Shown here: positions 25,865-38,900 of the stretch, piece by piece
Position numbering within the stretch: position 1 is the first letter of the stretch
How the letters are laid out: every line of letters begins with the position of its first letter
Assembly: GCA_964016885.1 (NCBI GenBank)
Contig: OZ024757.1
Coordinates: 2,108,001 to 2,172,000, forward strand
Source: Eledone cirrhosa
Lineage: Eukaryota
Direction: 5' to 3'
DNA length: 64,000 nucleotides
The notes under the pieces: generated by a model
What the model saw: only the letters and a program-made list of their open reading frames with translations
What the model was told of the DNA's origin: nothing
Database searches by the model: none
Translations under genes and position numbers: made by a program

Positions 25865-27455
25865 TATATGTATGTATGTATGTGTATATATATATTTGTA
25901 TATGTATGTGTATATATATATATATATATGTTTATATATATATATATGTTTATATATATATGTTTATATATATATATATATATATATTATGTTTATATAT
26001 ATATATATTATGTTTATATATATATATGTTTATATATATATATGTTTATATATATATATATGTTTATATATATATATATGTTTATATATATGTTTATATA
26101 TATATATGTTTATATATATATATATATGTTTATATATATATATATATGTTTATATATATATATATGTTTATATATATATATATGTTTATATATATATATG
26201 TTTATATATATATATATATAATATAAAACGAAAAGTCAGTGATGCATCTGGACTCAGTTTATTGTGTGTTACAATTGTTTCGCTAGCAGATAGCTCGAGA
26301 CACAATCATTGTATGGATCTGCCTGATTCCAGACCTGCAGATTCTTCGGACACATGCAATACTTTCGGAACAAACTTTCTCACTGGGGTGTTAGCTTCAA
26401 AAAACATCTTCCTCTCTTGTCTTGCTATTGGCTGTTGTTTTCCTACGTCATAATAAATTCTGGTCAATATTAGCTGCCAAACTAGCCATCAGCTACTCTC
26501 TGTCCGACACACTTCAATGGACTCATGCTGGGTTTGGTATTTCACAAGTCCGTTCACACACACATATACACACACGCGCACACGTACATATATACGCATA
26601 CACATATGTACGCACACATATGTACGAATATACACCCGCATACGTATACATACACCCTCTCTCTCACACCCACACCCACACACGACCATATACATACCAA
26701 CATACACATCCACAGGCGCCTACCTATATGGCCTCCTACATCCACTCTCACATGCATGCACACGCGCACACAGATCCACACACGTACACGCATACAAGGA
26801 CATATACCTGCATATGCGTACATTTGCTCATATACACAAACATGTACAGACATATACATAGACACACACACGCACATATACATGCCTGTCCTTATAGAGA
26901 GGCACAAAGACAGACATGTGCTCCCAAAGACACATACACACATACACATATACATACATATATATATATATATATACATATACATGTATGCACACGCACA
27001 CAACATACTCACAAACAATCCCTACCATATGTAGGTGCATCTACACACATAGACCCCCCCCACACACACACTGGCTCATATACATTTTAACAAATACGCG
27101 CCCAATTACCTCCGTGTCCACGTACATCCACACAGATAGATACACGCACACATGTATATATCTCTGTCCGTACCCCAATGTGATATACTCACAGTCATAT
27201 ACATCTGCACCAAAGGTCATACAGGGTCATCCATGGAAGGATGCATCCTGTTATACATGCACAAATATAAACCATGTAACCATATACATATATCCATACA
27301 CATACATGCATGCATACATACACACATATAAATAAATAAATAAGTAAATAGAAAAATAAATAAATGTATATATATATATACACACACATATATATACACA
27401 TATACATGTACATATATACACATATACATACACATGCATATACACACACACACAC

Positions 27456-27488
<33 letters not shown>

Positions 27489-27616
27489 GATAGATAAATA
27501 TACACGGATGTGTATGATTGTGTATAGAAGATTATATTAATAAAAGTATAGAAGATTATATTAATAAAAGGAATTCCAACTTTGTCTGATTTACTCGTTT
27601 TATTTACAATTCTTGA

Positions 27617-27801
27617 GGGCAGTGGATTGGCAGTATCGGTAGAGGGTCGGACGCCATGTTTTCCAGCATAGTTACGTCCCTTTACGATCTGAGTTCAAAT
27701 CCCGCCGAGGTTGACTTTGCCTTTCATCCTTACGGGGTAGATAAAATAAAGTACCAGTAATGCACTGGGTAATTGCTGGCCTCGTGCCTAAAGTAGAAAC
27801 A
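27617..27801 (+). mobile_element. tRNA-derived SINE family 2, full length
   Basis: A-box-like TGGCAGTATCGG, B box GAGTTCAAATC, central GACTTTGCCTTTCATCCTTACGGGG..TAAAATAAAGTACCAG resembling the Meta domain. Confidence 0.8.
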
Positions 27802-28439
27802 TTTATTTACAATTCTTTAAAATTTATAATGGTATTAGAATGAAATAGTATGATAGAATATTAAATGTTAAGTGTTAATTGAACAAGTACTTTCATGCTT
27901 TCGCAATCTTCAGGTTCATATTCAGTGGTGACAGTCAATTTTCAACTGTAATGAGATGGGTAAATTTTGTGCCTTATATACAGTGAAAAGTGGCTCCAGA
28001 ATGCTAAATCTTGCAAACTGTATTTCGACCAATCGGTGTGTAGTTTCACTGGATTACTAAAGCTGATTGGTTTAGGTGTCACGGTTGGTTGAGCATGTCC
28101 AATGACTACCAATTGACCCTATCCAAAGCATCAATTGTTTTGCTATTTTTTAGAAATGATGAAAATAGCATTTTCTAGTAATCATCACCATCAACATCAC
28201 TTTTATTATTATTATTATTGTTGTTGTTGTTGTTAGTGGTCGTAGTCATAGTCATAGTAGGATTAATACCTCATTATTATTGTTCATTTAGCTTGGGTTT
28301 GAATTTATCAATAAAATTCTTTTCTTTGATTTTTCTCTTGATTTCACTTGGGCTGTGTAATTTATAGAATGGGAATATTATAAATATTCCCTGACCACAT
28401 GTTGCTAGATGGTTACTTAGGGGTATCTGACGGACATTT

Positions 28440-29435
28440 GGGTCTTCTTCTACTTAGTTTTGATGTGGTAAGCCTTTACACCAACATTACACATGATTTA
28501 GGAATAAAGGCGGTTAAATACTGGTGGAAAAACATAGAGAAGTGATTCCCATCAGATTCACAGCTCCATTTATATTAGACGCAGTTAAACTTATTCTGGA
28601 AAATAACACTTTCTTCTTCAATGGAAAGAATTACATCCAAATTAGAGGCACAGCGATGGGAACGAAGTTTGCTCCCGTTTACGCGAACTCTGTAATGGGA
28701 TACTTAGAACAACAACTCTACCAAGAAATAGAGGAAAAATATAGTACTGACTTTAGAAAGTACATTGAAAAATCTTGGAAGAGATACTTTGACAACTGTT
28801 TCATCATCTGGACAGAATCTCTAGATACTCTGGATGAGTTCAATATCCTCCTGAATAACCTCCACCCATCTCTCCAATTCACAAAAGAGATGAGTAGTAC
28901 CAAATTACCATTCCTAGATATAATGATAATCAAAAACGACACCACCATTACCACAGATATATATTATAAACACACAGACACCCATCAATATCTGAATTTT
29001 AAGTCGTGCCATCCACCTCATACAAAACGCAACATCCCATACTGCCTAGCCAGAAGAATTTGTATCATTGTAGAAGATACGAATACCAGGTACAAACGCC
29101 TAACAGAACTAAGAGAATTTTTGCTCAAACAAAAATACCCATCTCTACTTATAGAAAATGGCATACAGCGGGCTATTAAAATACCTATACAACAACTTAG
29201 GACAATCCAAGGAAGAAGAAACCAAGAACTGGTCATACCATTTATAATGACACACAACCCATGTCACCAGAATATCTTCAACACTGCCAAAGCAAAGCTA
29301 CCGATCATTGCTCAAAGTAATGAATTAAAAGGCTTAATCACAGATCGATCATTGACTCTTAGTAAAAGACAGCCGAAAAATTTGAAGCAATTACTAACAA
29401 AAGCAAAGTTTGACCTTAACAACAAAGACCAATCA
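28440..29435 (+). mobile_element. PLE RT fragment, truncated by an RTE 3' end
   Basis: SFDVVSLYTNI upstream of ORF 28524-29450 (QIRGTAMGTKFAP, WKRYFDNCF, LPFLD, YYKHTD..QYL..SCHP). Confidence 0.85.
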
Positions 29436-29645
29436 TTCACTGATGGGTGAAGAAGTGCCAGGAAATGACAGTTGAAGGAAGACGTGGTAGAGGTAGACCA
29501 CGAAAAACATGGGCGGAGGTGGTGAGAACAGACCTCAGATCATTGAAGCTCACGGTGGAGATGACGAAGGACCGTGACGAGTGGAGAGATGCTGTGCTGA
29601 ATAAGGCCCGTCCCACCCTTGCAAGCAGGGAAAAGCGGACGTAAA

Positions 29646-29686
<41 letters not shown>
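29436..29686 (+). mobile_element. RTE LINE 3' end (family A) with (GAT)n tail
   Basis: GRGRPRKTW..REKRT*. Confidence 0.9.
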
Positions 29687-29899
29687 ATATACATATATAT
29701 ACACACATATATGTACATACACAGACATGTATACATCTACATACACCCATGTATATATACATACGCACACGTCTACGCATATACACACATAAAAACAATA
29801 AAATAAATTTACGATATATTAAAATACATTAAAATATGCATATAACGTCACATAGAGATATAAACAAAACAAAAAAAGGGGGGATGGTACATGTATTTG

Positions 29900-31075
29900 T
29901 GTGATATACCACACATGGGAAGTATGATATACCACACATGGGGAGTATGATATACCACTCATGGGGAGTATGATATACCACACATGGGGAGTATGATATA
30001 CCACACATGGGGAGTATGATATACCACTCATGGGGAGTATGATATACCACACATGGGGAGTATGATATACCACTCATGGGGAGTATGATATACCACACAT
30101 GGGGAGTATGATATACCACACATGGGGAGTATGATATACCACACATAGGGAGTGTGATATACCACATGTGGGGAGTATGATATACCACACATGGGGAGTA
30201 TGATATACCACTCATGGGGAGTATGATATACCACACATAGGGAGTGTGATATACCACACATGGGGAGTATGATATACCACTCATGGGGAGTATGATATAC
30301 CACACATGGGGAGTATGATATACCACACATGGGGAGTATGATATACCACACATGGGAAGTATGATATACCACTCATGGGGAGTATGATATACCACACATG
30401 AGGAGTATGATATACCACACATGAGGAGTATGATATACCACACATGGGGAGTATGATATACCACTCATGGGGAGTATGATATACCACACATAGGGAGTGT
30501 GATATACCACATGTGGGGAGTATGATATACCACACATGGGGAGTATGATATACCACACATGGGGAGTATGATATACCACTCATGGGGAGTATGATATACC
30601 ACACATGGGGAGTATGATATACCACTCATGGGGAGTATGATATACCACACATAGGGAGTGTGATATACCACATGTGGGGAGTATGATATACCACACATGG
30701 GGAGTATAATATACCACACATGGGGAGTATGATATACCACACATGGGGAGTATGATATACCACTCATGGGGAGTATGATATACCACACATGGGGAGTATG
30801 ATATACCACTCATGGGGAGTATGATATACCACTCATGGGGAGTATGATATACCACACATAGGGAGTGTGATATACCACACATGGGGAGTATGATATACCA
30901 CACATAGGGAGTGTGATATACCACATGTGGGGAGTATGATATACCACACATGGGGAGTATGATATACCACATGTGGGGAGTATGATATACTACACATGGG
31001 GAGTATGATATACCACACATGGGGAGTATGATATACCACATGTGGGGAGTATGATATATTACACATGGGGATTAT
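29900..31075. repeat. 23-bp minisatellite (GTATGATATACCACACATGGGGA), about 50 units
   Basis: Head-to-tail units with no spacers; recurring variants CTCA, CATGTG and TAGGGAGTGT. Confidence 0.95.
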
Positions 31076-31414
31076 GTATTCACGATTGAAGAGGTACAGA
31101 TTCATGGGGGCGCGTAGCTCGGTCACATTGGGGTATGTCACTGTGGATGAGGTGTGTTGTCCCATTGGTTCAGGGTACTTGAGTGAACAACCGTGGAATC
31201 CGGGTCAGCCTGTCCAGGCGCAGGTGATGTTCCTGCCTAAGGTGACGTGCGTAGTCAGGTGTGCATGTTGGGTTATTTTGGTTTACCCCACAGGGCATAT
31301 AATGTCATCAGGATGCATAACTGATTTTTCGTTTTATATTATATCACACTCTGCTCTGTAAGAACATAGAGTGCTCAACTGGCATACCGCCTATGGAAGC
31401 ATCATAGCTACCAT

Positions 31415-31472
<58 letters not shown>

Positions 31473-31473
31473 G

Positions 31474-32012
31474 AACGGAAAAAATGAAACGAAATTTCAT
31501 TTCCCACTCTTAGTACGGCTGTTACTTAAATATAAGTATGTACACATACATACATATATGTATACAGACGTACAGTAGTATGTATATATATATATATATA
31601 TACATACATGCACACATATATATATGTACGTATGGATTCACCGAACATTTATTATAATGCTCGGTTGTTTGTAAACAAACATCCCGTATTAAGCCGTAGT
31701 GTCCAGCAACCATCGTTGCTCATTTGTTCAACACTGACAAAGGAACGCTGTACTAGTTTCAAGCTTATTAGCTATCGTCAGCAACGTATACCTTCCTGCC
31801 AGATGATTGAATGTCTGAAAGTATATACTTTCCTTATGCATATTAACAGCTGAGCAGCCTAATTTGCATATCAAGTGAGTTAATTGGCCGGGGTACCGAA
31901 AACGATAAACGGAAAAAATGAAACAAAATTTCATTTCTCACTCTTAGTACGGCTGTTACTTAAATATAAGTATGTATACGTACATACATATATGTATACA
32001 GACATACAGTAG

Positions 32013-32020
<8 letters not shown>
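31474..32020 (-). mobile_element. Retrozyme-like HHR element, about 1.25 monomers (period ~434 bp)
   Basis: 31474-31585 is repeated at 31908-32020; internal HHR; homologous copies at 48655-49068 and 59168-59752. Confidence 0.7.
31745..31787 (-). ncRNA. Minimal type I hammerhead ribozyme
   Basis: ACGTTG-CTGACGA-TAGCT-AATA-AGCTT-GAAA-CTAG-TA-CAGCGT. Confidence 0.8.
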
Positions 32021-32049
<29 letters not shown>

Positions 32050-32224
32050 TAAAACATGTCTATAGACATGTTTTATGATATAAAGCTCTGATTATTTAAT
32101 TTATTAACTTTTCATTGAGCCACAAAGTGACCCGTTGCAAAACACGTATATGTATGTATGTATATATATATATATGTAAACCTTTATATATATATATATA
32201 AATATATATTTATATATATAAATA

Positions 32225-34282
32225 TCATCATCACCGTTTTACGTCCGTTCTTCCATGCTAGCATGGGTTAGACGGGTTTCCTGTTGTGGGCAGTGTCTGG
32301 CCGGCTGACCATGCCTTGCTCATACAGGAACTGATTTTGGCTTGATGCCCTTCCGAACACCAACCTCATTTACAGTGAGTGCTGGGTGCTTTTTCTGTGG
32401 CACCTACACATCCACTTTACAGTGTGGGCTGGGTGCTTTTTTGCCGTGGCACCTCCACGACCACCTTGCAGTGGGAGGGTGTGTGGGCATATTGTCTATA
32501 TGCTTCAGCTTGTACCCATGGGAGGTCGGGTACTCTGTATTACTGCGTGACGCCAGAGGTCACGGTCATGTGTCATTGCCTTTGAGAGGTGTAATTGGGT
32601 AAGGTCGGCTTTTATCACCTCATCCCAGGTCTTCTTGGGTCTCCCCACTCCGCGGTTTCCATTGACTTCTAGTGCTCTGCTCCTTTTTATGCAGCTGTCA
32701 TCCTTCATACGGATCACATGTCCATACCAACGCAACCGCCTCTCCTGCACACATCATTTGATTCCTCTTATGCTCAGTCTCTCTCTCAATTCATTTATGC
32801 TTTGTCGTTCGCGTATATTACTATTACACATCCATCGGAGCATGCAGGCTTCATTTCTTTCTAATCTACGTAAGTCTTCCACTTTCAGCGCCCAGGTCTC
32901 ACTACCATGTAACATTGCTGTTCGGATATACGCATCATACAGTCTGCCTTTCATTTTGAGGGAGAAGCCTTTTTCAGCTAGCAGTGGCAGTAGTTCCCTG
33001 AACTTCTTCCATCCCGTTCTTACCCTAGTTATTGTACTTTCTGAACACCCACCTCCGCTGCTAATTCAGTCACCTAGGTAGCAGAAGCTGTCTACTGTTT
33101 CTACAGAGCCCTCCTAGAGATTGGTGGTACTTGTTTCCTGTGGCTGTTTGCTGCTTGCTGTCCCAGCACAGCTGCTGCATGTGAAGCCTACATTCTTAAT
33201 TAAGCTTCCTGAGAATATCTCTTGTGTACCCATTGTTTGCATTTGGGGCAGAGAATGGAGTTCCTACCTACACCTTTCCTACATACTGAGCAAGGCCATT
33301 TCCCTGAGGGGATCTGGGTTCTGTTTTCTCGTCTACTTACAAGGACCTTAGTCTTTGTCATGTTGACCTTGAGACCCTTTCTTTCTAGTCCCTGCTTCCA
33401 AGTTTGGAATTTCTTCTCTAGTTCTACCATAGATTCAGCTATAAGTGCGAGGTCATCAGCATACAGGAGTTCCCATGGGCATCCGGTCTTAAACTCCTCC
33501 GTTATTGCCTGCAGGACTATGATGAACAGGAGGGGGCTAAGAACAGAGCCCTGGTGGACACCAACCTGTACGCTAAATTCCTCACTATACTCATTGCTAA
33601 TCCTAACTTTGCTGACTGCTACATGGCTTGTACAGCTTTCACAAGTCATTCATCTACTCCTAGTTTTCTAACAGCCCACCAGATTACAGCACGTGGAATT
33701 CTGTCAAAGGCTTTCTAGAGATCGATGAATGCCAGGTAGAGTGGCTTACTTTTAGCTAGGTACTTTTCCTGTAACTGCCTCACAAGGAAGAGGGCATCAG
33801 TGGTGCCTCTTCCTGGTACAAACCCAAATTGCATCTCATCTATTTTCACTCGGTCCCTAATCAACTGTGCTATAACTCTTTCTGTTACTTTCATAACCTG
33901 GTCCATCAGCTTTATACCTCTATAGTTTCCTCTATCTAGTGCATCACCTTTACCTTTGTAGCAGTTGACAATGATGCTACTGCACCAATCCTTTGGTATG
34001 ACACCTAGTATTACCTGGTTAACAATACGTGTCGTTATAGTGTGACCTACAGACCCAGTGGCCTTCAGCATCTCAGCAGCTATACCCGATCTTCATATCT
34101 TTGATTGCCTTACTTACTACGCTGCTACTGACTTGTACTGCTGGCCCCTCTATAGGGTCTACTTGGGGTAGGGTCTCTTCTTCCCATGCATTCTCGTCAT
34201 TTAGTAATCTATCATAATGGCTCTTCCATGCATCTTTCTTCTCAGCACTTGTGAGTGCAAGCTCACCTTTATCATTCCGGAT
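32225..34282 (-). mobile_element. RTE LINE (family C), 5'-truncated, frameshifted
   Basis: NYRGIKL, QFGF, GVHQGSVLSP, LLYADD, LHGSETW. Confidence 0.9.
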
Positions 34283-34607
34283 ATATATAAATATATATAT
34301 AAATATATATATATATAAATATATATATAAATATATATATAAATATAAATATATATATATATAAATATATATATAAATATATATATATAAATATATATAA
34401 ATATATATATAAATATATATATATATAAATATATATATAAATATATATATAAATATAAATATATATATATATAAATATATATATAAATATATATATATAA
34501 ATATATATAAATATATATATAAATATATATATATATATAAATATATATATATATAAATATATATATAAATATATATATAAATATATATATATATAAATAT
34601 ATATATA

Positions 34608-34659
<52 letters not shown>

Positions 34660-34672
34660 AATATATATAAAT

Positions 34673-34703
<31 letters not shown>

Positions 34704-34810
34704 AATATATATATATAAATATATATAAATATATAAATATATATATATAAATATATATATATAAATATATATAAATATATAAATATATATATATAAATAT
34801 ATATATATTT
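34283..34810. repeat. (TA)n/(TAAA) low-complexity microsatellite, representative of more than 40 such tracts in the window
   Basis: Directly visible; other long tracts at 25870-26225, 42925-43265, 54157-54665, 55005-55360, 62355-63070 and 63460-64000. Confidence 0.95.
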
Positions 34811-35539
34811 ATTAAAATAACAGATTAAAGTTTAAGCAAAGAATCGCTGCTTTCACTCTTAACGGGATCTTCTGAAACTAACAAAGTCAATCTGTAAATG
34901 CAGAAGTGGATATTTCAAAAAACGTTGCAACCGGAGAAAGACAGGAAGACGATACTTTGGTTCGTGGAAACATTCGCTGGCAAAGAACGGGAAAAAACGA
35001 ATATAATACGTCATTAATAGGAGCGGTGAAAAACAATTACGCGCAAAGACAGAACCACGTTTATGGTATAAAAGAGGTCGTAGACTAATGTTCTCTTAGG
35101 TGGTTCATAGAGACGTTCATTGCCAGAGGGCAATGAACGAAAAAAATGAAGATAATACGTCATATGTGGAGCATAGAGAACAATAGCACGCAAAGACAAA
35201 ACCACGTAAAAGGTATAGCAGAAGTCGTAGACTAAATTCTAACTAGGAGACCGAATGAATCTCCGCCACAGAGTTAAGAACAAAGTAAATAAATACAATA
35301 CAGAAGTAATAGAAATAAATAAATACATATACGCAAACAAATACGTACATACACAAGCATACGCATACACTTACCATAGGTATACAAAACCACGCACATA
35401 TAAATATGTGTGTGTGTGTATGCGTTTATACAAATAATTAAATAATTATATAAACGTATATAAATAAATAAATACGTATATATATAAATAAATATATAAA
35501 TATATATATAAATATAAAAATATATATATAAATATATAA

Positions 35540-35572
<33 letters not shown>

Positions 35573-35576
35573 AATA

Positions 35577-35910
35577 TCATCATTTTATTTTACGTCCGCT
35601 TTTCCCTGCTTGCAAGGGTGGGACGGGAACTGATTCTGGCTTGATTTCTACAGCTGGATGCCCTTCCTAGCACTAACCTCATTTACAGTGAGTGCTGGGT
35701 GCTTTTTTGCTGTGGCACCTCCACGACCACTTTGCAGTGGAATGATAGGGACCCCAATCCCTATCATCTCATTTCTACAGCTGAGTAAACTGGAGCAATG
35801 TGAAATAAAGTGTCTTGCTCAAGGTAACAACACATCACCCGGTCTGAGAATTGAACTCACAACCTTTTGATTGCAAGGCCAATGCTCTAACCACTAAGCT
35901 ATGTGCCTCC
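35577..35910 (-). mobile_element. CORE-type tRNA SINE family 1, full length
   Basis: Reverse complement of 53685-54027. Confidence 0.9.
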
Positions 35911-35934
35911 ATATATATATAAATATATATAAAT

Positions 35935-35967
<33 letters not shown>

Positions 35968-35971
35968 AATA

Positions 35972-38900
35972 TCATCATCATCATCATCATTTTACGTCCG
36001 CTTTTCCCTGCTTGCACGGGTGGGACGGGTCTTATTCAGCACAGCATCTCTCCAGACGTCACGGTCCTTCGTCATCTCCACCGTGAGCTTCAATGATCTG
36101 AGGTCTGTTCTCACCACCTCCGCCCATGTTTTTCGTGGTCTACCTCTACCACGTCTTCCTTCGACTGGCATTTCCTGGCACTTCTTCACCCATCGGTCAT
36201 CCTCCATGCGCATCACATGTCCATACCACCTCAGTCTCTTCTCCCGTACACTACATTCTATCCCTCTCAGACAGTTTCTCTCTCAACACATTTATGCTGG
36301 GTCGTTCACACACATTTACACTGCACATCCAACGGAGCATGCTTGCCTCATTTCTCTCCAGCCGTCGCATATCCTCTGCAGTTGCTGCCCATGTCTCACT
36401 ACCATGCAGCATCGCGCTCCTCACACAGGCATCATACAACCCGCCTTTCGTACGCAGGGAGAAACCCTTCTTCGTCAACAGATGAAGCAGCTCCCTAAAC
36501 TTCTTCCAACCCGTCCTTATTCTAGATACTATGGCCTCGGAACACCCTCCTCCCATGCTAATCTGATCTCCTAGGTACCGGAAGCTATCCACCACTTCTA
36601 TAGCGCCCTCTTGCATTTGAAAAATGTGTCTATCAGTGCGACTTCTACTGTCTAATTTCCCTGTACATCTACTGCATACATATTTCTCCCTACCTGTTAG
36701 TTTGCCTGCTATCCCGCTACATCTCTTGTGTACCCAGGATCTGCATTGTGTGCATTTTATAGAATTTATGCCAGTTCCTTTTCTGCATATCGAACATGGC
36801 CATTTCCCTGACGGAATCAGGATTTTGTCCTCTTTTCTACTCATCAACACTTTTGTCTTAGCTAGATTTACTCTCACTCCTCTTGCTTCCAACTGCTGTT
36901 TCCATAGCCAGAATTTATTCTCTAGCTCTTCTACTGATTCTGCTATAAGAACCAGATCGGCAGCATAGAGAAGTTCCCATGGACAGCCGGTCTTAAACTC
37001 CTCTGTTATGGCTTGGAGGACTATAATGAACAAGAGCGGGCTGAGGACCGAACCCTGATGTACTCCTACTTGTATCTGGAATTCCTCACTAAACTCCATT
37101 CCTACTCTGACTTTACTGACAGTACCTCTGTATAAAGTTTTCACTGTCCTCACAAGCCATTCCTCAACACCCAGCTTCCTTAGGGACCATCAGATGACAG
37201 ATCGGGGTACCCTATCAAAGGCCTTCTCTAGGTCAACAAAGGCTAAGTATAGTGGCTTATTCTTCTCTAAGAACCTCTCTTGAAATTGTCTCACCAAGAA
37301 GAGGGCATCTGTTGTACTCTTCCCAGGCACAAAACCAAACAGCATCTCATCTAGTTTGACCCTTTCTCTAATTAGTTGTGCTAAAATCCTTTCTGCCACT
37401 TTCATAACCTGATCTATCAGTTTTATACCCCTATAATTGCTCCTCTCCAGAGCATCCCCTTTACCTTTGTAGCAATTTATGAGAATACTGCTGCACCAGT
37501 CTTTGGGTATGACACCACCATATATAGCCTGATTGATGATGCGTGCAACCAGTTTAGTGCCTACGTCCCCTGATGCCTTCAGCATCTCAGAAACTATTCC
37601 CGATGGTCCGGCAGCCTTACCATTTATCATTTCCCTAATCGCCTCTTGGACCCTATATTCGTCAATCTCAATAGCTGGTCCCTCTGTCGGATCTACCAAG
37701 GGTAATTTCTCTCTCTCCCATTTGTTCTCCACATTCATCAGTCTCTCATAATGACATTTCCAGGCCTCCTTTTTCTGATCATTCGTGACACTAAGTACAC
37801 CAGCATCATCCCGGACACATTTATCTCCAACAACATCCTGATTTGCATTGACACACTGCCTTGCAATGTGGAACACCGCACGCCTCTGATCTTCCCGTCG
37901 CAGAACTTTGGCAAACCTCCTACTCTCTGCCTCCCTGCGTGCTAAGTACACCTGACGTCTAGCTTCTCTCTTAGTGGCTGTATATTCTTCCCTACTCCCA
38001 CCCTTTTTCCAAGCCTTCCATGCTAGTCTTTTGTCTCTAATAGCCTTATCTACTGTGCTGTTCCACCACCAGGTCACTCTCTGTCTGGTTGCCACAAGTT
38101 TCATCAGTAGCCTGCAGTAAGTTGTCACGTAAGAAATTCCAGTTATTATCTATGTCATACGTCTCTAAATCGTCTTCTTTTTCGTCATATACATCTTGAA
38201 GGGCTTTCCTAAATTTGTATTTTAGTGAAAGGTCTTTTAGCTTCCAGACCTTTCTTCTCCACACCTTCCTATATGTCTCATTCCATCTCTTGCTTACTTA
38301 GATATCACTAACAACTAACCTATGCTGTGGGGTACATTCTTCCCCAGGGTATGCCTTGGTATAAGACACTATCTGCCTGTCCCGCTGCCTAACTAGTAAG
38401 AAGTCAATCTGTAAGAAGTCAACTAGTAAGAAGACAAGCTTATGTGCTCACCAGATTTGTACGTTAGGTGATTGGCAGGTTTATGGAAGTTTGTGTTGCA
38501 AATAGTCAATGTATCTGCATCAAAAAATTCAAGAAGTCTCACTCCTTCTTCATTTCTTGAACCGTAACCATGCCCACCATGTACCCCAGTGTAACCATCC
38601 TGGAGCTGTCCAACATGACCATTGAAGTCTCCTGCTAGCATAACGATGTCTCTGTCCTCTGTCATTGCGGTTGTTTGTAAAAGTTGCTCATAAAAGCAAT
38701 CTTTCTCATCTTTGCCTAGGCCTGCTTGGGGAGCATAGGCCGAGATGATTGTCAGTAGTCTCCTACCTACAACTAATCTAAGCTTAATTATTCGATTACT
38801 AACTCGAACTACCTCTATTGTCTTATTGATCCATTTTTCAGCCAGGAAAATGCCTACTCCCCCTAACCCATCATCCTTACCTACCCAGAAAAGCTTATAG

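Noticed and set aside
29900-31075. CRISPR-like array of 23-bp repeats
   Set aside because: Units are head-to-tail with no unique spacers, there are no cas genes, and the context is eukaryotic; it is a minisatellite. The repetitive ORFs over it are artefacts.
31799-31832. Opposite-strand second hammerhead in the retrozyme-like unit (CAGATGA...GAAA-GTATATAC-TT)
   Set aside because: No stem I pairing, a poor stem II, and the core reads CAGATGG in the third copy; not supported.
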